This document shows, one piece after another, positions 59,829 through 64,000 of a DNA stretch of 64,000 bases. The translations under genes and the position numbers were made by a program. The stretch's first letter is position 1. Every line of letters starts with the position of its first letter. This DNA comes from Candidatus Dojkabacteria bacterium. GTDB taxonomy: Bacteria > Patescibacteriota > Dojkabacteria > SC72. The DNA lies in contig JBMNHC010000001.1 in the NCBI GenBank assembly GCA_050950165.1, forward strand, positions 389,738-453,737, read 5' to 3'. The notes under the pieces are model-generated. The model did not search any database. It was not told the DNA's origin and saw only the letters and a program-made list of their open reading frames with translations.

Positions 59829-60236
59829 TTACTCTAGCTCTACTGTTGCACCAGCTTCTTCAAATTTTGCTTTGAATTCTTCTGCTTCCTCTTTCTTTAC
59901 AGCTTCTTTAACTGTTTGAGGTGCACTATCTACAAGATCTTTAGCCTCTTTAAGACCTAACTCTGTAATCTCTCTTACAACTTTGATTACACCGATCTTG
60001 TTTGCTCCTGCATCCTTAAGAACAATGTTGAAGGAAGTTTTCTCTTCCTCTGCAGGTGCTGCCTCTGCTGGAGCTGCTGCTGCTACTGCAACAGGTGCTG
60101 CTGCACTTACTCCAAACTTATCCTCCATTACTTTAACAAGGTCTGCTAGTTCTAAAACGGTCATCTTCTCAACCATTTCTACAACTTTCTGAGCATTTGC
60201 TGTTAATGTAGGAAGTGTTTTTGCTTCGTCTGCCAT
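59829..60236 (-). CDS. rplL: 50S ribosomal protein L7/L12
   Basis: [42 protein letters not shown]. Confidence 0.98.
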   Translation of the reverse strand: MADEAKTLPTLTANAQKVVEMVEKMTVLELADLVKVMEDKFGVSAAAPVAVAAAAPAEAAPAEEEKTSFNIVLKDAGANKIGVIKVVREITELGLKEAKDLVDSAPQTVKEAVKKEEAEEFKAKFEEAGATVELE

Positions 60237-60274
60237 TTTTGTAAGTTAAATAATTTAAATTAAAATATATCTAT

Positions 60275-60796
60275 TTAAGATTTACTCTCTGCGATACCTT
60301 TAAGTAGTACTGTTAGACTTCTAACATTGCCAGTAAGGGCATTTACAAAACCGGTAAGTGGAGCGTTCATAGTACCAACAAGTTTAGATAGTAATATCTC
60401 TTTAGAAGGGATTTCTGCTAATTGCATTACTCTTTCTGCACTTAGAAACTCTCCTTCATATACACCACTTCTGGGTTCTAAAAGTTCCGTTTCTTTCTGT
60501 ATTTCTTTAACTAATTTTGCAGGTGTAGTAGGGTCTTGGTCAAAGGTAATGATAGCGGTAGGGCCATCAAAGTCTTGTACTTGTACTGGTTGATTAGTAT
60601 CTTGTAAAGCTACTTTAAATATACTATTTTTTACTACAGTAAAGTTAGCATCTACATTCTTTAGTTCTATTTTTAGTCCTGTGACTGTAGATGTATCTAT
60701 TTTATCTGAGTTGACTAATAGATATCCTGCTTTATTCTTGATTAGGTCTTTATACTTTTTAAGTAGTTCTTCTTTTTGCAAACGACTTTTAGACAT
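60275..60796 (-). CDS. rplJ: 50S ribosomal protein L10
   Basis: QKEE..FTVVKNSIFKVAL..GPTAI..LAEIPSKEILLSKLVGTM. ATG at 60796 is preferred, since the track's start at 60919 coincides with a promoter -35. Confidence 0.94.
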   Translation of the reverse strand: MSKSRLQKEELLKKYKDLIKNKAGYLLVNSDKIDTSTVTGLKIELKNVDANFTVVKNSIFKVALQDTNQPVQVQDFDGPTAIITFDQDPTTPAKLVKEIQKETELLEPRSGVYEGEFLSAERVMQLAEIPSKEILLSKLVGTMNAPLTGFVNALTGNVRSLTVLLKGIAESKS

Positions 60797-60889
60797 CGTA
60801 TGTATAGATTTAATTAATATTGTTGAATTATCATTTTCCTCACATGGATTTATCTTTGTACCATGTTTCTTAGGATAATTACTGAGGCT

Positions 60890-60919
60890 ATTATATATGA
60901 ATGTTATGTGATTGGTCAA
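60890..60919 (-). promoter_or_regulatory. rplJL promoter
   Basis: TTGACC (60919-60914), 18 bp, TATAAT. Confidence 0.6.
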
Positions 60920-60928
60920 GGATTTATT

Positions 60929-60990
60929 AGAAGGGAACTATTTATATACTCTATTAAGAGATATATTTGAACTATATATAGCTCCCTTCT
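60929..60990 (-). terminator. Long hairpin ending mini-gene 61340
   Basis: Minus strand agaagggagcta...tagttcccttct, 12 bp with one G-U, plus an inner stem. Confidence 0.65.
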
Positions 60991-61010
60991 TAATCTAATC
61001 TACCGAGGTT

Positions 61011-61340
61011 TTACCACTCTTCATCTTCATATGAACAATCGGGTCTCTTTCCTCCCTTCTCTTTGTCACATCGTATTTTTATAAGGTAATATTTTCCTTT
61101 TTTTTGTAATGTAATAAAGGTTAGTCCCATTTTAGTCAGGAAAACGACTTTTCCATTTGGCTTCTGAAGGGTGCCATCGATCTCGTACTTTCTTCTTCCA
61201 TAGAGAAGGAGATTACCGGCAATTTTGATCTCCTTGCTTTTGTTTGTTTTTGTTTTCTTTAGTTCTAATAGTTCTGTTAGTTCTGTTAGTTCTGTTTCTT
61301 CGCAATCAACACAATATTGTTTATATGAACATTGGCACAT
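61011..61340 (-). CDS. Small basic hypothetical protein with N-terminal Cys cluster (109 aa)
   Basis: AAGGAG 5 nt before ATG 61340 (MCQCSYKQYCVDC). Promoter TTGATA-18-TATAAT at 61434-61405 excludes the track's longer start. Contains a 9-bp tandem repeat at 61261-61296 (TEL x3). Confidence 0.72.
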   Translation of the reverse strand: MCQCSYKQYCVDCEETELTELTELLELKKTKTNKSKEIKIAGNLLLYGRRKYEIDGTLQKPNGKVVFLTKMGLTFITLQKKGKYYLIKIRCDKEKGGKRPDCSYEDEEW

Positions 61341-61437
61341 ACAATCTCCTTTTTTATTTTTAATGAACAATGTACAGGTCTCGGTAAACCTGTTAATGAG
61401 CCACATTATATATCTATAGGATTAAAAATATCAAGTT

Positions 61438-61486
61438 AAGAGAGAACAGCATATGATGTAGTAGATACAATCTACTGTTCTCTCTT
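61438..61486 (-). terminator. Long hairpin ending mini-gene 61723
   Basis: Perfect 12-bp arms aagagagaacag / ctgttctctctt with an inner tagat..atcta stem. Confidence 0.7.
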
Positions 61487-61528
61487 GTTTTACAAACTTA
61501 CTGGTTGATAGGCAATAATGAGATGATG

Positions 61529-61723
61529 TTAGACTCTTCTCTTCTTTCGAAGTGCTACTCGCGTTAGTATCTCTTTTCTCAAAGATGGGACTTCGGATGG
61601 TATCTCCTTTTCTATCTTTTTTTTAAATCTTTTTTGATATTTTTCACTGTCCTGTATTGCAGGACAGTCTGCTCCTTTACAAGTTCTTAAATAGCATACA
61701 CAGCATGGGTATGGTATTTCCAC
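61529..61723 (-). CDS. Small basic hypothetical protein with Cys cluster (64 aa)
   Basis: AAGGAGG 5 nt before GTG, CCVC..TC...DCP motif, promoter TTTACC-17-TACAAT (61798-61770). Confidence 0.68.
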   Translation of the reverse strand: MEIPYPCCVCYLRTCKGADCPAIQDSEKYQKRFKKKIEKEIPSEVPSLRKEILTRVALRKKRRV

Positions 61724-61809
61724 CAGAACCTCCTTCTTTTTTAAAGATCCAGTAAGTTTGTAGGCCTGTATTGTACTCTAAAATGTTTTTTGGGTAAAGA
61801 ATAAGTTAA

Positions 61810-61836
61810 TAAAAAGACCTCCTTGTGGGGAGGTCT
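61810..61836 (-). terminator. Intrinsic terminator after rplA
   Basis: agacctcc-ccacaa-ggaggtct followed by TTTT on the minus strand. Confidence 0.85.
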
Positions 61837-61858
61837 GAATATTCAAAGATTAAAATTA

Positions 61859-62548
61859 TTACTCTGGTTTACTGTATGCTACTTTAAAGCTAGGACCCAT
61901 TGTTGGAGCAATATGCATTCTATCAAAAGCTTGGTTATATGTTTTACCTAATACATCTTCTACAGCAGATACTGCCGCATGTACATTCTCTACTAATTGA
62001 TTATCTTCCATATCTAGTTTACCTACTGGAATATGTATAACTCCTGATGCATCACAGGTAAATGTTTGTTTTCCTTTTTTATACTCTTGTACTGCCTTTG
62101 TAATATCCTCAGTAACAGTTCCATTTTTAGGATTTGGCATTAAACCCTTAGGACCTAATTCTTTTCCTAATATTGCAATCTTTGGCATTACAGAAGGAGT
62201 TGCAATTACAACATCAAATTCAATTTTATTTGCTTTAATATCCTTAACTAGAGAATCCAATCCTACGAAATCTGCTCCTGCATCCTTAGCCTCCTTCTCT
62301 TTATCTGGAGTAGTAAGTACTACAATCTTTATATCCTTAGTAGTGCTAGAGTGGGGTAGTGAGAGTGCACCTTTGATAGATTTAGGATCTCTATCCTTTG
62401 GTACCTTAATATCAAAGTGTACTTCTAATGTACCGATGAATTTACTGTATGATGCTTTCTTAGCAGCTTTAACAGCATCCTCTACAGTGTAAGAGATACT
62501 CCTATCTAAATCTTTAGCTACTTTTATGTATTTTCTTCCTCTTTTCAT
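61859..62548 (-). CDS. rplA: 50S ribosomal protein L1
   Basis: LPH, AGADFVG, LGKELGPKGLMPNPKNGTV, PTMGPS. Confidence 0.98.
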   Translation of the reverse strand: MKRGRKYIKVAKDLDRSISYTVEDAVKAAKKASYSKFIGTLEVHFDIKVPKDRDPKSIKGALSLPHSSTTKDIKIVVLTTPDKEKEAKDAGADFVGLDSLVKDIKANKIEFDVVIATPSVMPKIAILGKELGPKGLMPNPKNGTVTEDITKAVQEYKKGKQTFTCDASGVIHIPVGKLDMEDNQLVENVHAAVSAVEDVLGKTYNQAFDRMHIAPTMGPSFKVAYSKPE

Positions 62549-62567
62549 TCTTTAATATGGTTATACA

Positions 62568-62993
62568 TTATATCTCAGTTTCTACACCCATCTGTCTTGC
62601 AGTTCCTACTACTATCTTTGCTGCTTGATCTGGATCTGATGTATTTAAATCTGGCATTTTAATCTCTACAATTCTTTGAATCTGTTCTTTAGAGAGCTTC
62701 CCAACCTTCTCTAAGTTAGGTCTTGCTGAACCTTTATTAATCTTCATCTCTCTTCTGATTAATTCTGATGTAGGAGGAGTCTTAGTTATGAATTCAAAGG
62801 ATCTATCTTCATATATCGTTATTATTACAGGTGTTAAAATACCATTTCCCTCTCTAGTTTGCTCGTTAAATTGTGTACAAAAATCTTGAGTAGAGATTCC
62901 GTATGGAGCTAGAGCAGGTCCAATTGGAGGTGCAGGAGTTGCTTGTCCTGCTGGTATTGTAATCTTAATTATCTTTTTTATTTCTTTTGCCAT
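62568..62993 (-). CDS. rplK: 50S ribosomal protein L11
   Basis: AGQATPAPPIGPAL, FCTQFN, KTPP, GTARQMG. Confidence 0.98.
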   Translation of the reverse strand: MAKEIKKIIKITIPAGQATPAPPIGPALAPYGISTQDFCTQFNEQTREGNGILTPVIITIYEDRSFEFITKTPPTSELIRREMKINKGSARPNLEKVGKLSKEQIQRIVEIKMPDLNTSDPDQAAKIVVGTARQMGVETEI

Positions 62994-63012
62994 ATCTAGT
63001 TATTCAAATATA

Positions 63013-63564
63013 TTAAAGTTTATTAACTTGAGAGAAATCTAGTTCTACTGGAGCCTCTCTACCTAAGAAAGAGATGAGGACTTTTATCTTTCCCTTAGTA
63101 TTATCTATATGTTCTACACTACCAATGAAACCAGCAAATGCTCCATCAACGATTTTAACAGCCTCACCAACACTAAATGAGCTCTGATATGAAGGTTGTT
63201 CTACCTCCATGAACTTCATGATGGCTTTTACCTCTGCTTCTGGTAATGGTCTTGGATATCTATCTGTTTTAACAAATCCTCTTACACCTTCCGTATTCTT
63301 TACAATATCCCATGTATGTTCATTTAACTCCATCTTAATTAATACATACCCAGGAAAAAGTTTATCCTCTTTTACATCTTGTTTACCTTTCTTAACAAAG
63401 ATTTTCTTCTGAACAGGAATCAAAAGCTCTTCAATCTTGTCTTGTAATCCAGTTGCCTCTATTCTCTGTTGTAATTCTTTTTTTATACTATTCTCATATC
63501 CAGTTCTGATATTTAAAACATACCATTTTGCCTTTGGATTTGATTTTTTTACTTCCTTAGCCAT
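63013..63564 (-). CDS. nusG: Transcription termination/antitermination factor NusG
   Basis: WYVL..GYE, FPGYVLI, KOW motif GEAVKIVDGAFAGFIG, GREAPVELDF. Confidence 0.97.
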   Translation of the reverse strand: MAKEVKKSNPKAKWYVLNIRTGYENSIKKELQQRIEATGLQDKIEELLIPVQKKIFVKKGKQDVKEDKLFPGYVLIKMELNEHTWDIVKNTEGVRGFVKTDRYPRPLPEAEVKAIMKFMEVEQPSYQSSFSVGEAVKIVDGAFAGFIGSVEHIDNTKGKIKVLISFLGREAPVELDFSQVNKL

Positions 63565-63571
63565 TCCTAAG

Positions 63572-63781
63572 TTAAAAATTTAATATTAAATTACTTACTA
63601 CTTCTTTATCACCTCCTAACCATAGGTCTCTTAGCCAGAAAAATACCATATCTATACCTAGAATTAGTAAAGCGATTATACCACAAAGAACAACAGTATA
63701 TATGGTTAATCGTGCCAATTGAGATATGGTTGGCCACTCTGTTTGTTTAAGTTCAGTTATTATATTTCTAATAATTTTCAT
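63572..63781 (-). CDS. secE: Preprotein translocase subunit SecE
   Basis: ELKQTEWP followed by a single TM helix, in the conserved tRNA-Trp-secE-nusG position. Confidence 0.92.
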   Translation of the reverse strand: MKIIRNIITELKQTEWPTISQLARLTIYTVVLCGIIALLILGIDMVFFWLRDLWLGGDKEVVSNLILNF

Positions 63782-63796
63782 AATTGTATATATCTA

Positions 63797-63869
63797 CAGG
63801 CCCACTCCGACTCGAACGGAGAACTATGGTTTTGGAGACCACTGTTTTACCAATTGAAACTATGGGCCC
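63797..63869 (-). tRNA. tRNA-Trp(CCA)
   Basis: GGGCCCA/TGGGCCT acceptor, anticodon arm GTGGT-CTCCAAA-ACCAT, upstream of secE. Confidence 0.93.
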
Positions 63870-63885
63870 TTATTTATAAAACAGC

Positions 63886-64000
63886 TTATTTAACTTTAGT
63901 CTCCTTATGTAATGTATGTTTTTTGCATAGAGGACAGTATCTGTTTCTCTCTATCTTTTCTTTAACATTTTTAGTTTTGTAAAAAGTACCATTTATACTC
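63886..64000 (-). CDS. rpmG: 50S ribosomal protein L33, 3' part (5' end outside the window)
   Basis: Manual translation ...[37 protein letters not shown], in the conserved position before tRNA-Trp/secE. Confidence 0.9.
   Translation of the reverse strand, partial: SINGTFYKTKNVKEKIERNRYCPLCKKHTLHKETKVK

Noticed and set aside
60929-61504. Integron attC sites after the mini-genes
   Set aside because: I could not find paired RYYYAAC/GTTRRRY boxes, the ORFs have their own promoters, and no integrase is present.

Overview
AT-rich bacterial chromosome segment using the standard code 11, most consistent with a Patescibacteria/CPR organism. Dojkabacteria (WS6) is the best guess, inferred from the form III-like RuBisCO, split ComEC, archaeal-type ProRS and large surface proteins. 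It carries housekeeping genes (rpsA, clpC, radA, rho, leuS, argS, proS, uvrA, mreB, rpmG-secE-nusG-rplKA, rplJL) and 7 tRNAs, none with an encoded CCA. Accessory genes include two tandem BspA/DUF285 surface-protein paralogs (one broken by a single in-frame TAA), a GH1 glycosidase, an AAA_14/DUF4143 ATPase plus AbiE toxin-antitoxin islet, a tail-fibre-like adhesin, comEA/comEC, RuBisCO and an operon of a 7TM protein and four ATP-grasp ligases facing a MATCAP-like peptidase. The most unusual signals are non-coding. (1) Three unrelated mini-genes share one architecture: own promoter, 5' leader complementary to the sequence at or after the stop, strong Shine-Dalgarno (unlike almost all resident genes) and a long terminal hairpin. 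(2) A ~260-nt multi-hairpin RNA with its own promoter and terminator lies between radA and rho. (3) Four 31-32-bp-phased direct repeats cover the promoter of the AAA ATPase. All coordinates and pairings were read by eye and no searches were run.
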